A stretch of 64,000 nucleotides of DNA from Schizochytrium sp. TIO01 (Eukaryota; Protista; Bigyra: Labyrinthulomycetes). The stretch covers positions 930,001 to 994,000 of the forward strand of contig SMSO01000005.1 in assembly GCA_004764695.1 (NCBI GenBank), written 5' to 3'. The number at the start of each line of letters is the position of its first letter. Positions within the stretch are counted from its first letter, which is position 1. The notes below the pieces were generated by a model that searched no databases, was not told the origin of the DNA, and was given only the letters and a program-made list of their open reading frames with translations. The position numbers were made by a program, and so were the translations under genes. Of this stretch, positions 32,601-43,273 are shown piece after piece.

Positions 32601-35600
32601 TTCACTTCGCCGGTTGCTCGACTTTTGCCGTATCCGCCTTCAAGTGGATATACGTCCACAACCTCTTCACCTGGTATAAGGTCTGGAAGGTATATATCAA
32701 CACCACCCAAAAGTTCTGATGTGAACAGGTCCTTATCCCGAATCTCAATCTGAAGAGTGTCGTCAACGGGGGGAAAGGTGAAGCGCCCCCCGCCTCTCGT
32801 AGAGGTCCAATCGGGTTCTAATGTTTTATAAACGACGGGGGTTCGTCGCGTGAAGGTTCCACATTCGACGATACAGAAAGGATCGCTTGTCCCGGACTTA
32901 TCAGCAGCACGAAGGCCTCGAGCCCGTAGAACAACAACTCTTACTTGCAGATCTAAATCACCGTTGGGGCCACCAAATACATTGGCAACTTCAACTTGCA
33001 CTTGAAGTTCTCCAGAAACCTCAAGTTTCTCATTATCGGTTTCGAGTTCGTGCCAGTCAATATGAATTTCGTCAGGATCAAGATCATCAAGGTCGATCTC
33101 AATATACCCTAAGTCGTCATTTGCACTTGTAAGATCCCAATCCTTAACAAGAATTTTCAATTTATCTCCACCAGGACCCAATTCATCAATTAAACGGTCG
33201 AGTTGATCTTCTTCACCACCTTCGACATCCGAATCCTCGCCCAGAATACCTCGAGCCTGAACAGACCCACTTGGATGCACACTACTACGTTTCCCTTTGC
33301 GGTTCTTCCGACGTAAACTTGCTGGATCTTTGTACATTTCGTAGATAGTTAAAAGCTCTCCACCAAGCACAAGAGGGGCCCATGGTCCTTTGCCCGTGTA
33401 GAATGCATCTTCAAGGCTAGTGCGAAGGGTCAGTGCGCGATCTCTTCGGGGCTTGCCGAGACGATCTAAGTGAAGCTTCTCCTGAGCTTTTTCTAGCACA
33501 TTGACCATTTCCTTGGCAGAATAGCGTTTACTAAATTCAATGTTCCTTACTTTCTTTTCCGCATTCCACGCAGCAAATTTATTCAGCTCTTGCTGTAGCT
33601 TTGCTTCTTCTTGGTCGCGACGCTCATATTCGTCGCATATAATCTCAAAATTCTCCCTACGGCGCTCAAAAACTATGCGGGCTTGTTTCGCAGCCTCCTT
33701 GATCTCTTGTTCATCAACGCAAAGAGTTGCACTTGCCATCCAGATTGGTGCACGAGACACAAGATAGCTAATCAGAGTGAGAACACCGATATATGCAAAC
33801 GACACTAAACCAATGCCTACATCAAGAGGATCGACAAAAGCTGTGCAAGACACGCCCCAGAGAAGAACCACAAATTGTAGCTTGAACATTAGCAGTCCAA
33901 CATCATTGTACTCGATAAGATCGTTAGAGATGGGATCCAGGCCGTAAATTGGGAAGACAAACATAGAGAAGTAAAGTGGGGTGCTTTGGGAAATACTCGC
34001 CAAGCGCGCTACCAACTGAATGCACAAACGTGCCAGCTGACATATAAAGGTCACACACAGCAAGTAGAACACGGCATCGTTGTTTTGCAATAACAACACA
34101 AGAACAACCGCACCAACCGTGATCATGTTTAAGATTGAATCAAGCAGGAATTGGTAGTTGGTAGGTAGATAAAACCCGTGGGCGGCCCAAACTCCAACCA
34201 AATGCACTAGAACCCATACAAGTGCAACCAGGATTGTTGTGAGCAAACCAATAGTAGGACTGGCAAAAATGAAAGCCATGAAAGTGCAAAAAAAGAAATA
34301 CCGGAAGCATAATGTAAGTGCTCGCTTATACTCAGGACTGAGTTTCCAGTCCCGATCCCTCCAAATGAGCATAATAGAGACAAAGATGAGCAAGGCAGGC
34401 CACAATATAAAGCCTAAGAGAAGCCATAAAGTGGCAGGAAGAGACACACTACCTCGTAAAACATCTCCAAAGATGATAAAACTTCCCAGACATTCTAATC
34501 CAATCGAAAACTTGAAGCAATGGACCATGTCAGAGGTAATCTGTTGAGTTCCGTAGAATTTACGCATTGGTACAAATGTAAATGTAAGAAGAATGAAGAC
34601 GTACCATATAGAATTACCCCAGCGCACACTGTTCTCAGTATGTCCAATAATAATACTATAAACGATGACTAGTAGCAAGACAAGACCGATTCCTCGAAGC
34701 ATTGAGTAGTCCATCGGAGTAAGCTTCCCATGCCATAGGGCCTCAATATCCCGCATCTTTTTGGGATCTGCTTCGTCTGTAATTTCAAGCTTTTCTCGGA
34801 GCCTCTCCACGATTTTCGCGCGAAACGATTCATATCGAGTTTCGAGTCTCTCTTTGAGACGTTTCAACTTCTCATGATACTTTTTGAAAAACTCTCGAGG
34901 GTTGAAATGTTTTAGCTCTTTCAACTTATTGAGTCCGCGTGATTTAGTTGTAGCTTTTACTGTCTCTGTTTGGTCCCCAAGATTGTCTGTACCAGGGTTG
35001 CCAAGCACAGGAGTAGCTTCAGGCAGCTCATCAGCTTCTGGAGCTACTACTGAAGATACCGCGTGGGGCTTTTCTTCATTTTGATTGTCTTTAGATTCTT
35101 CCAAGCCTTGCGACGGTCCACCATCTGATTCATCTTCTGGTTTGCTAAAACTATTCGTAGCATCCTCAGTGGTTTCTTTTTTCTCAGTATCTGTACCGGA
35201 CACCTTTTCTGCGGTTTCTTCTTCTGAATCATTTTTTATTCCTTGTTCGGTACTTTTGTCTACATCCTCATTATCATCATCGTCGTCGAATTTGCGATCT
35301 ACCTTTTGAGCAAGATTTACTGGCTTTCTGAAAGGGAGTTTTGGCATAGCAAGTGTTCCTGCCTGCTTATGTTTCTTAAGATGTTGGTTCAATGCTTTGA
35401 TATTTCCGTGAATCGACTTGCGAAAAGAGCTTACGAGACCGACATTCTCATCGTCATCATCTCCAAACGCGGAGTCATCATCATCGTCGTCGTCATCATC
35501 GTCGTCATCATCATCTATTGAAAATGATTTCCGCTTCTTGGCTTTCTTCTTTCTTTTGCTTTTAGTGCTGTCCCATTTTCCAGAACCTTGACCTTCGCTT

Positions 35601-38600
35601 TCAGAGTCTGCAAAGTCGTTATCATTGTCTTCATCGTCGGAGTCCTCATCGTCGCCAGTTGATTGGGTTTCGCCCCGTAGCTCTGCACGTTGGAATATAC
35701 AAAAGTCATTTGCCTGCCAATGTGTGTACACCTTTAGAGCAGCAGCAAAAATCAGAGGAAAGAAAACGCAAGAAACGAAAACAAAGGTAGATGAAGTCAT
35801 TGCATAGAACAGCAAGCCAGACATCACAACGAGGAGTTCCGCCAATGCTACAAGCTGCATTGGCAAATTAAACCATCTGTACATAAAATAAGCCCTTGTC
35901 CGAAGAAGACCTTGGCGTTGTAGCATCATTGCGCGCTTAGCGAGCCCAAGAACAACACTGACGATCACAACGACAAAAGCAGCAACTCCAAAAATCCAAA
36001 GATCCCACTCCTGTCCAACGATTGTCAATGTAGGCATACTTTCCTCCGAGTCGAGTGCAAATACATAGCCCAACAAAGCAATCAAAAAGATAAAACTCAG
36101 AGTTGCAAGAACAAATTCAGGCATGGCGCTCACATCGTTTTGGCGTTTTCGGCGTGTCTGAGCTTGTCCAAAGTATGCAATGGCAGCAGCGCGGTCTGAG
36201 CTAAACGTACGCATGCGTTGGTTAATGATTTCTTGGCCAAGAGCAGCACCATAAATAAGATAAGCAAGACCGATGCCTACAATCCAATTTTCACCCGCAC
36301 ATAATGCGATGACACCTCGACCAGCAAAACTGAGACTTACATACTTCCCTGTACCCCACATGCAAGGCCCTCGAATGAGAGCAAAGAGAGCTGCATCCAT
36401 AGCAATAACACAAAATCCCAAACCAAAACCTTGCGAGCGATAATCAGTATCGCATTTGAAATACACCACCATAGCGTAAATAAAGAGAACAACTAAAGCA
36501 AACGCATAACATTTACGGACGAGGTCTTTTCGTTTCTTTCGTCCGCCGGAAAACCAGCGTCTAAATGTATCTGAAAAGGCAAACTCAATTAGCGTGTCGT
36601 CAACAGTATAAATGCCTCCAAGGAGAGACCCAAAAGCTTTACTCTTATCTTTGTTTGACTTTTGTTCTGTGGAAGATTCATCTTGAGCTTGCGGGCTTTT
36701 CGGACTTTGCATCGAGTTTTTCAAAAGAGCCATCTTCAAACCCATTGTGCCCAATGCCTGGAATTTGTTTTTGACTGAGTTGAGCTTGGAGTGTTTGTTT
36801 ATGACCTTTTGTAATTGAGCAAAAGCTTGGTGCAGCTGATCATTATCTAAAAAGAAAATTACAATCATAGGCACTGCATTTAATGTAAATGCGACACACG
36901 ATAAGCTAAAGATTGAGTAAGGAAGACCGCCATCAATTACACGCATATCGTAACAAACCGCGAGGAATAGAAAAACGTAAATTGAAACTGCACCGAGGAC
37001 AAACCCAACGAGTCTTGACCGGGACATTCGCCAACCACTCTGTTTCCATGTTGTGAAAGTGTAAAGGATAGACGCAATACCGACTCCCACACAGAAAACT
37101 GCGAGACCTGCTGCTGGGGGGACTGCAACAAAGGCCATTGCGAAACTATACGATAGCCCTAAAGCAACTGGTACAAGTAATGATATGCGAGCTCCAAGGG
37201 TCATAAAAAAGAGGTTACGTCGGAAGTCAATATTGGCAGGTGAGCCATTGAGATACCAAGGCTTCAATGCAAGCGCAATAAGATTAGTTTTCTCATCTTT
37301 TGCAGCACCTTGTAGCAACCCGCTCTCAATACGATCCATACGCCAGGCAATTTTACGAAAGAACGATCTTTGAAGAAGAAAGAAAGGCAAGACAACGAGA
37401 ATGAGCTCCACCGCGATAGGAACATATGTAGTCTTGTCAAATTCCGTACTGTATCCTGCATCAGCGCTATCAGAGTATGGTGTCATTACTACAACTACAA
37501 AATACATGAATTGACTATAGACAGCTGCCCCTGAGGAATCCTTCATATTATGTGAAGGATAACCAAGAGCTAGAGGCTCTCCTGCCTTAATGGTTGTCCG
37601 AGATGCACTATACTGCATATCACTATTTCCATTCTGAGCAGCAACATAGGATGTATTTTCCCAAACACTGGTGTCACGAAGCCAGCTAGGGCGGGGAAGA
37701 AACGTTTCGGAAGGATCAGCATAAATAAAAACATATGCCTCTCCATCAACATTGGATTCGAAGGCCATGTATGTTCCTGCACTAGACATATTGAAATGCG
37801 AGTAATTGGTTTGAATGAGAAGTCCGCTGGCTACGTTAATATATTTAGGATAGTTTGGGTCAAGTGATGTATCAACACCCTGATACATGCGACCCCATTT
37901 ACCAGCAACAGGATCCCCTGAGGAATCAAATGCAACGTCTGCTGTTGTAATCGTAGTTCCTACACCGACTTCATTAGCTTCTGTGACAGAGAGACGGAAA
38001 GGCAGAATTGTGGTCTCCACAAGCAAGCAAAATGCATTAGGGTGCGCATCATCAGCCCACGGTGAGGTGGTCCGCCCTGTGCAGTTTGCACCTGAGGTCA
38101 TTGGAATCCACGCAGATTCTGTACAAGACTCTCTCTTACAAACGAAGTCATCTCCTTGGAAGCAGGAGCAGTCAGGAACATGAGCGACAACAGTGGCAAG
38201 AAGATCGTCAGCAAATTCTAAGCCGGCGTCATCGTCATAGATGCGAATGGTCATGTTTGAGCCCGAAATTTGAGTTCCAAACTCTAAGTCCGCGCTACCT
38301 TCTTCCCATACTGGGCTAAGCGAGTTCTCCACCACTCCAGATGTGCGCACTGTATCGCCGACTGTAATTTGCACATAAGGGTCAGTGAGTCCTGCAAATG
38401 GGCCCCATCCATCTGTATCAGGCACACCTGTGGCCTCTAAGATTGTGATCGTAAATGTTCCACCATTGTCTTGTCCTTGAGAGCTTTCGCAGCCATCTGC
38501 ATCATCACAACTCAAGTAAGATCTCTTCGCCGCTGTCTCTCGTGCCTGTACTATTGCAAGCTGGCTAAGTAAGAACACACATGACAGCAGTACTCGTGAA

Positions 38601-38677
38601 GGCAATGACAAGCTAAATTTCGAACCTGTTTTCAAAGATGTGTAAGTTGAACTTGCTCGTGCTCTTTTCGCACACAT
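29687..38677 (-). CDS. DEK1-like multi-pass transmembrane calpain with C2 domains and a C-terminal WW domain; probably catalytically inactive
   Basis: About 2996 aa from the ATG at 38677. Order: signal-like hydrophobic segment, C2 domain, many TM helices, C2 repeats, CysPc (FDDPKFP, VVDDQFP, WVSLLEKAYAK, GTFWMSFDDF), calpain domain III (GSWHGRTAAG, NPQW) and WW (WIEAVDPSTGNTYYWH..TQESRWDKP). Confidence 0.92.
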   Translation of the reverse strand: MCAKRARASSTYTSLKTGSKFSLSLPSRVLLSCVFLLSQLAIVQARETAAKRSYLSCDDADGCESSQGQDNGGTFTITILEATGVPDTDGWGPFAGLTDPYVQITVGDTVRTSGVVENSLSPVWEEGSADLEFGTQISGSNMTIRIYDDDAGLEFADDLLATVVAHVPDCSCFQGDDFVCKRESCTESAWIPMTSGANCTGRTTSPWADDAHPNAFCLLVETTILPFRLSVTEANEVGVGTTITTADVAFDSSGDPVAGKWGRMYQGVDTSLDPNYPKYINVASGLLIQTNYSHFNMSSAGTYMAFESNVDGEAYVFIYADPSETFLPRPSWLRDTSVWENTSYVAAQNGNSDMQYSASRTTIKAGEPLALGYPSHNMKDSSGAAVYSQFMYFVVVVMTPYSDSADAGYSTEFDKTTYVPIAVELILVVLPFFLLQRSFFRKIAWRMDRIESGLLQGAAKDEKTNLIALALKPWYLNGSPANIDFRRNLFFMTLGARISLLVPVALGLSYSFAMAFVAVPPAAGLAVFCVGVGIASILYTFTTWKQSGWRMSRSRLVGFVLGAVSIYVFLFLAVCYDMRVIDGGLPYSIFSLSCVAFTLNAVPMIVIFFLDNDQLHQAFAQLQKVINKHSKLNSVKNKFQALGTMGLKMALLKNSMQSPKSPQAQDESSTEQKSNKDKSKAFGSLLGGIYTVDDTLIEFAFSDTFRRWFSGGRKKRKDLVRKCYAFALVVLFIYAMVVYFKCDTDYRSQGFGLGFCVIAMDAALFALIRGPCMWGTGKYVSLSFAGRGVIALCAGENWIVGIGLAYLIYGAALGQEIINQRMRTFSSDRAAAIAYFGQAQTRRKRQNDVSAMPEFVLATLSFIFLIALLGYVFALDSEESMPTLTIVGQEWDLWIFGVAAFVVVIVSVVLGLAKRAMMLQRQGLLRTRAYFMYRWFNLPMQLVALAELLVVMSGLLFYAMTSSTFVFVSCVFFPLIFAAALKVYTHWQANDFCIFQRAELRGETQSTGDDEDSDDEDNDNDFADSESEGQGSGKWDSTKSKRKKKAKKRKSFSIDDDDDDDDDDDDDDSAFGDDDDENVGLVSSFRKSIHGNIKALNQHLKKHKQAGTLAMPKLPFRKPVNLAQKVDRKFDDDDDNEDVDKSTEQGIKNDSEEETAEKVSGTDTEKKETTEDATNSFSKPEDESDGGPSQGLEESKDNQNEEKPHAVSSVVAPEADELPEATPVLGNPGTDNLGDQTETVKATTKSRGLNKLKELKHFNPREFFKKYHEKLKRLKERLETRYESFRAKIVERLREKLEITDEADPKKMRDIEALWHGKLTPMDYSMLRGIGLVLLLVIVYSIIIGHTENSVRWGNSIWYVFILLTFTFVPMRKFYGTQQITSDMVHCFKFSIGLECLGSFIIFGDVLRGSVSLPATLWLLLGFILWPALLIFVSIMLIWRDRDWKLSPEYKRALTLCFRYFFFCTFMAFIFASPTIGLLTTILVALVWVLVHLVGVWAAHGFYLPTNYQFLLDSILNMITVGAVVLVLLLQNNDAVFYLLCVTFICQLARLCIQLVARLASISQSTPLYFSMFVFPIYGLDPISNDLIEYNDVGLLMFKLQFVVLLWGVSCTAFVDPLDVGIGLVSFAYIGVLTLISYLVSRAPIWMASATLCVDEQEIKEAAKQARIVFERRRENFEIICDEYERRDQEEAKLQQELNKFAAWNAEKKVRNIEFSKRYSAKEMVNVLEKAQEKLHLDRLGKPRRDRALTLRTSLEDAFYTGKGPWAPLVLGGELLTIYEMYKDPASLRRKNRKGKRSSVHPSGSVQARGILGEDSDVEGGEEDQLDRLIDELGPGGDKLKILVKDWDLTSANDDLGYIEIDLDDLDPDEIHIDWHELETDNEKLEVSGELQVQVEVANVFGGPNGDLDLQVRVVVLRARGLRAADKSGTSDPFCIVECGTFTRRTPVVYKTLEPDWTSTRGGGRFTFPPVDDTLQIEIRDKDLFTSELLGGVDIYLPDLIPGEEVVDVYPLEGGYGKSRATGEVKLALLLSDSVHDYGLKASKASLQVTVVSAKGLRAADRNGSSDPFCVVKCGMDAFHTSVIKKTLNPKWVESYTFNSDPHAEDLSESTTAGDDDDFEQVEMLDSWKLYLQLPKLDAALAREYHEEMRANVLLQMLVVVASEGRKSKEAILFQRFLREYRFKLLANKIEPPKNIFKSKSWATVDVTLVALWLLRLSPEQRERFYALKDVFGKEVATAEAQRMSEDEQLAEHAKQLEDWATQFDYEAGRKQLEEFAERKAKREASGKLDESTLDEPVLVVNAREILSEIAAGKDTKPVKLDGMEIEVSMFDDPKFPAGQESVAGIANEAYLDGWARARAINPSVEIFSGGTDPDDVAQGILHNGWFLSAVAILAASGSVGDDEVDPLIDNLFITKTRNDTGAYAIRLYKNSQWHLIVVDDQFPMLLDRLKTEQNAGAAISHSLKFEEMWVSLLEKAYAKSFGTYTMLENGYVHHALKTLTGFNSEEIFLLQATQGPARIRLWEKLQRYARNGFLMGAGSIANNAANAEMMDSGLVLGGIYAIYQVRSVDGHKLLQLRNPPGAQSEWKGDWGDDSPLWTTRLKQKLGWTNDDSDGTFWMSFDDFCLTFRSLYVCHYFDPRIWRVATFQGSWHGRTAAGLPSKHNPEAQVRRNPQWVLDVQRPLDLHVKIAQVEEDGSMVKTPQPFAALLIRSHARRGRHVQRISSLSRRNLVKWTGNPDRAHEKHMYATLQPGHYVLMIATYQEGQEGSFKVHIDSSFSVNVTQLYPKPKIEKVHKTRSVPAAEVGVESRRASISRKVLAKVDKTTLWAQRHKDKAEIKWEKAVLKIDGLMQKHMGVELRAVLPPKLKAAADSDDEDEEKSKSRRTSLRDIDGESEDELEVINDVMSHKPVQEIASMSSDRVVIDEAIDVSGEQNSAKQSQQEMQQVLDTAQHSENQIPVAVAVEDSPWIEAVDPSTGNTYYWHRETQESRWDKPQ

Positions 38678-39900
38678 TGTGTTTGGGAGGGTGAACTTGC
38701 TGCCAGTAACAGCCTCAGCTGCAAAGGAAACCTCAGCCGCCAATTGCTCTTTTGTTTGAAGACTGTGGATTGAGCAACCAACGAGAAGAACCGAAGTCTC
38801 CAAGGAGCGAAATAAAAACCCGCGCGTATCAGTGATTGACTAAGCTGTTCGCAGATAGGTAATACTGATTTCGAGCAATAGCACCAACCCGAAGAGGTTT
38901 GGAATAGATACGTCTCCAGCTGGTTTGTCTACAAACAGAAGTGCGGCGCTTATGGTAACCTGCGTAGTGCTGTGTTGCTCCTCTTTCTTTACGTCAAGCC
39001 GCTGATCTGATTTACACAGTCGCTACTAATGTCATTGTCAGGCACAAACACAAAGGGTTCGCTTTGCACAATAGAAACGTTAACAAAAGGGACCTAGGCA
39101 AATAGTTCTGGTACTAGTTATTTTTAATCTATAGACCTCAACTTGCTAAACGCGAACATACTCGGCCTTTTAGTATCTGTAAGAGTGCCAACTTGGGGCT
39201 TACTTAGGCTACAGCGTCGCCTTTAAAAGAAAACAGTGAAAAAACATGAACACCAGCCGCCGACTTTGCCCCTCCTTGTGCAATCACCTACCCTATTAGG
39301 CATAAGTTGCTCCTAGAAAGGTTTTTAGGCCTTTCCAACAAATCCAAATAAAACTAAATTAGACAAGGACGACTTTCCCGCAACTATACCTCCAAATCCA
39401 TTCGTGCTAGCCTGACACTCTTCTAGCGCAACTTCAATATCGAGCACCCATCTTCAGACTAAACGATACTCCCAACCCCAACTCAATTCTTCAAGGCCAT
39501 CCCCCAATTTCTTCCCTCCCAACGGTCACTTGTAGTGAAAGCACGTTTGGCATATTTAGAACATTTAGAACGTGTCAATCGCTGTTCTCAAGAATCCCCG
39601 GGAACTATAGCGCGGAAGGAGTGTGCACCTCCAAAGGTGTGTACTCGAGACAATGGGATCAGGATGGTGAGCAAGCGTGGTTCTGGAGACAGGTTTTGCA
39701 CAGCACCAGGACATATCTCGTGAGCTATTGCAGTGGATGGCCCAGGGGCACACAGGGAGCTTTGGTGAAAGTAGAGTGATGCGACGGAGCTCTCAACTTG
39801 CAACCTGGCTGTGATATTTTTATTGGTTGCCTGGAATCCTACTCGCTTTTGCGAGTATCTAGGAAACGAAGTTGTACTCAACTGAAAGAGGTCTACCAAC

Positions 39901-40641
39901 ATGGGGGCTGCGGCCTCGGCTGCGAAAGTTGCTGTATCGAAGCCTGGGACTGGAGAAACAACTAGCGGAGGAGTTGGTGCAGAGGTAAAACCTGCAACTA
40001 AAACTGCTGGAACCCCTGGAGCTGGAAATGATGCCGACACTCCTGCGAAAGACTCACAGGGCTCAGAGCAGCACTCTGAGAAGTCAGGTAGCAATAAGCA
40101 CAGACTGTCGCTGCTGCAAAACATCGTGATTCCTCAAGTCAAAAGGGCAGGTACAGGAGAACGCAATTTCCTTGGCGTGGCTTTGCAATTTGACAACAAG
40201 CGTGAAGTGGCTCCATCGGGGTGCGTGCGTTGTACGTGCCCGAAGCAGTACAACCTCGCTGCTCTTGAGACTTCAGATGAATATTTCGTAGTTGAGTACA
40301 TTCAGGAGGAAATGAAGAAGGTTACTAATTACGTCGCTAATAAGAAACAGTCGGGTCTCACTAAGCGCGGCGCCAAGTTCATGGGCCCTTGGTTCCACGC
40401 AGACCTAGAAACTGAGATTCCCTTGGCCATTCGCCACCTGCCACCGCCAGAGGGAGCTGAAAAGTGGGTCGAACCCTGGCATACCACCAGGTATCTTGGC
40501 TACCTTGACGGATATTCCCGCCAAAAATCGCGATTTCGAGTCTGGCGTCGCGTTGCACGTGCTAAAGAAATCGCTCATATCGAAGAACCTGCCCAGGACG
40601 CTGGTCACGAGTCCAGGGAAGAGACCTCACAAAATCCCTGA
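39901..40641 (+). CDS. Hypothetical protein with an N-myristoylation motif
   Basis: 246-aa ORF starting MGAAAS (MGxxxS), with a low-complexity N-half and a globular, aromatic-rich C-half. Confidence 0.7.
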   Translation: MGAAASAAKVAVSKPGTGETTSGGVGAEVKPATKTAGTPGAGNDADTPAKDSQGSEQHSEKSGSNKHRLSLLQNIVIPQVKRAGTGERNFLGVALQFDNKREVAPSGCVRCTCPKQYNLAALETSDEYFVVEYIQEEMKKVTNYVANKKQSGLTKRGAKFMGPWFHADLETEIPLAIRHLPPPEGAEKWVEPWHTTRYLGYLDGYSRQKSRFRVWRRVARAKEIAHIEEPAQDAGHESREETSQNP

Positions 40642-41971
40642 GCTGAAATGTAAGATACTGGATGATACGAGGCTTTGCAACTACCACTTAAAACATGATG
40701 CTACGCATAATTGAAGAGTCTATGTTTGGTATGAAGTATTTTAAGATTGAATCGTTTCTGACGAGTGACGAGAACCTGATCTCTACCAAAACAGCAAAAT
40801 GCATTTAGTCTGCGATTAGTTTAGTAATATATATATAATGTTAAGAAGTTGCATCTCTTAGGCCACGACCAATCTCAGGTTAATACGGATGATCCCTGAA
40901 ATTCAGGCTAAGTGAAGTTCTGATATTCGTCTCACTTAGGAGATATCGCGAAATGTGTTACTTTTAGCTACAACTATATCTCGATGTCATTTTCTTTAGT
41001 ACTTCAGACGCTCAGAAAGCTTGGGTGTATTGAGTTTATAATTGACAAGCCTATTTTCGTTGCATGCTCTTGATATAAAATCTTGTCAGCGTTTGACCGG
41101 ATAGCACCAATGAGAAGGGCAGATATGTGGGAAAGTACAAAATCTGGCCTAAGTTCTCTCCATAAAGGTTGACGAAGGTTCTAAAAGCTGATAGAAAGCT
41201 CTCAACGAAGCAACGATGTGAAATGACGAGATTATTATCTTCGAAAGACCAACCTTTCTCTCAAATAAATATAGACCCTCTACATACGTCGTTACCTCAT
41301 CTACAAGGTAGGTAGGTAGTTACGTGTTTTCGGTTCAATTCAATCTTATTTTTTTGCAATTAGAAACTCGGATCATACTACGTACCATTCCAGTAGAGTT
41401 CAATTAAATGTCCTTCACTGCGTTGGTGTAATGTTTTCTAGTTATATTCTGATTGGTTAAATACTCTGAGGCTAGTAACTAGGTACCTACTACTATGCTA
41501 GCTGAATCTTGTGGTAGTACTAAGACATAGGTTACTCCGGTAGTATCATTTCTTTACGCAAGACTATTATGTGGGTAGCACAAATAGTTAGCTACTAATG
41601 CGAGGAACTAAGAAAGTAATCATAGCAGCACCTAGACACTAGCCTTTAGGAATATCCAAGATACAATGTGATGAAGAACTAGAAACAGAAACTTTTCATA
41701 GCAGTGAAACGTAGCGAAGCAAATCGAAATCGCCAGGGACGACAAGGATCTCGGCACGTCGACTATCTTATAGAAGGCCATATATATACTGCTGCGCAGT
41801 GCCAGTGTGGTGCAGTACTCCGGATACTTTTCAAGAAAGCTCACTCTATTGCGTTGGGACGCTTAGCTTCGACTGCTTGGCATCCGCGAAGTTCCCGATC
41901 GGCAAAATACGTGAGGCTGCTGTTCGCAAAGTTTATTGATCTGATCTTTTACAAAAGCGTACGCGATTAAG

Positions 41972-43273
41972 ATGTGGACCAAGTTTGTAGCATCTGCTTC
42001 TGCGCGGCTCTCGACCAATTTGTCCTCCCGGTCTGCAAATTCCGGGAGTACCTTGAGTATTCTAGCTGCAGCCTCTGCCGCAGCTGTTGCCACAGTATCT
42101 CTCTCTTCGAACAGAGACGAATATAACCCTCGAGCTCTGTGCCAAGCAAATGCCCAGAAGCTTCTCTCATGGGGATCCAATAACTTTGGCCAGCTTGGAC
42201 TCGGATCCTCCACGGATGAGTCTGCACCGCAGCCCGTAGGCGCTGATCTTGGGCTCGACGTGAAATCAGTCTCCTGCTTTGGCCAGAGCTCAGGTCTCGT
42301 GGATGCCGACGGGGAAGTCTATACATTTGGCAGGTCCATCTACGGCAGCATTGGTCAAGGAGACTCTGGTGAGAACTGCTTGCTCCCGGTCAGTCTGCCG
42401 GAGCTTTCGGGACAGGGCGTGAAACACCTCAGTATAGGTGAATTTCACATGGCTGCTATCGACTCCAAGGGCCGTCTCTGGACCTCCGGACGGAACTGGA
42501 CAGGAGAATTGGGCCGTGAGGGTGACAGCACACGCCCCGGGGTGGTGCAGGAACCGGCAGGGGTTTCCTTCATCGATGTGGCATGTGGAAGGACCTACAC
42601 GGCGGCAGTCTCAGCTGACGGTCGCTTATATACGTGCGGAAATGGGCGACAAGGTGTCCTGGGTCATGGCGATTTTCAAGCCAAGTCAAAATTCACGCCG
42701 GTGGACGCCAAGACACTCGGGGGAGAGAAGGTTGCTAAGGTAGCGGCAGGTGAAGAGTCGCTCCTTGTGCTTACGGAGAGCGGAAAGGTGTATTCCTGTG
42801 GCAATGACGACTACGGTAAGCTCGGGATTGGCGGTCGCAGCAATGTGCGTGTACAAACTACTTTCAACAAGGTCAGTGGGCTTTCTTCGTCTAAGATTGT
42901 GCAAATTTCTTGTGGTAGCATGCACTGTGCCTGCATTGACGATAAGGGCGCCTTGTACACCTGGGGTTGTGGCTCGGACGGGCGTTTAGGACATGGCTCC
43001 AAGTCAGATATTGCACTTCCCACCCAGGTTCATGCGCTCAAGGGTAAAAAGGTAAAGCAGGTGGCTTGCGGTGGATCCCATACTCTTGTGCTCCTCGAGG
43101 ACGGCTCTGTTTCTGCTTTTGGAAAGGGTCGCAATGGCCAGCTTGGTGTTGGTGACAACCTCGAGTCTGTGGCAGCCTACCGTACAACTCCCCATCACGT
43201 TCAAACCTTGGAAAGTTACAAAGTTCTTTCTATTGCGGCAGGCGGCGACCATACTGCTTGTGTTGTGGCCTAA
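41972..43273 (+). CDS. RCC1-repeat beta-propeller protein with a probable mitochondrial presequence
   Basis: About 7 RCC1 repeats (SWGSNNFGQLG, ACGRTYTAAV, SCGSMHCAC, ACGGSHTLVL, AAGGDHT). The N-terminus is S/A/R-rich and lacks acidic residues. Confidence 0.9.
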   Translation: MWTKFVASASARLSTNLSSRSANSGSTLSILAAASAAAVATVSLSSNRDEYNPRALCQANAQKLLSWGSNNFGQLGLGSSTDESAPQPVGADLGLDVKSVSCFGQSSGLVDADGEVYTFGRSIYGSIGQGDSGENCLLPVSLPELSGQGVKHLSIGEFHMAAIDSKGRLWTSGRNWTGELGREGDSTRPGVVQEPAGVSFIDVACGRTYTAAVSADGRLYTCGNGRQGVLGHGDFQAKSKFTPVDAKTLGGEKVAKVAAGEESLLVLTESGKVYSCGNDDYGKLGIGGRSNVRVQTTFNKVSGLSSSKIVQISCGSMHCACIDDKGALYTWGCGSDGRLGHGSKSDIALPTQVHALKGKKVKQVACGGSHTLVLLEDGSVSAFGKGRNGQLGVGDNLESVAAYRTTPHHVQTLESYKVLSIAAGGDHTACVVA

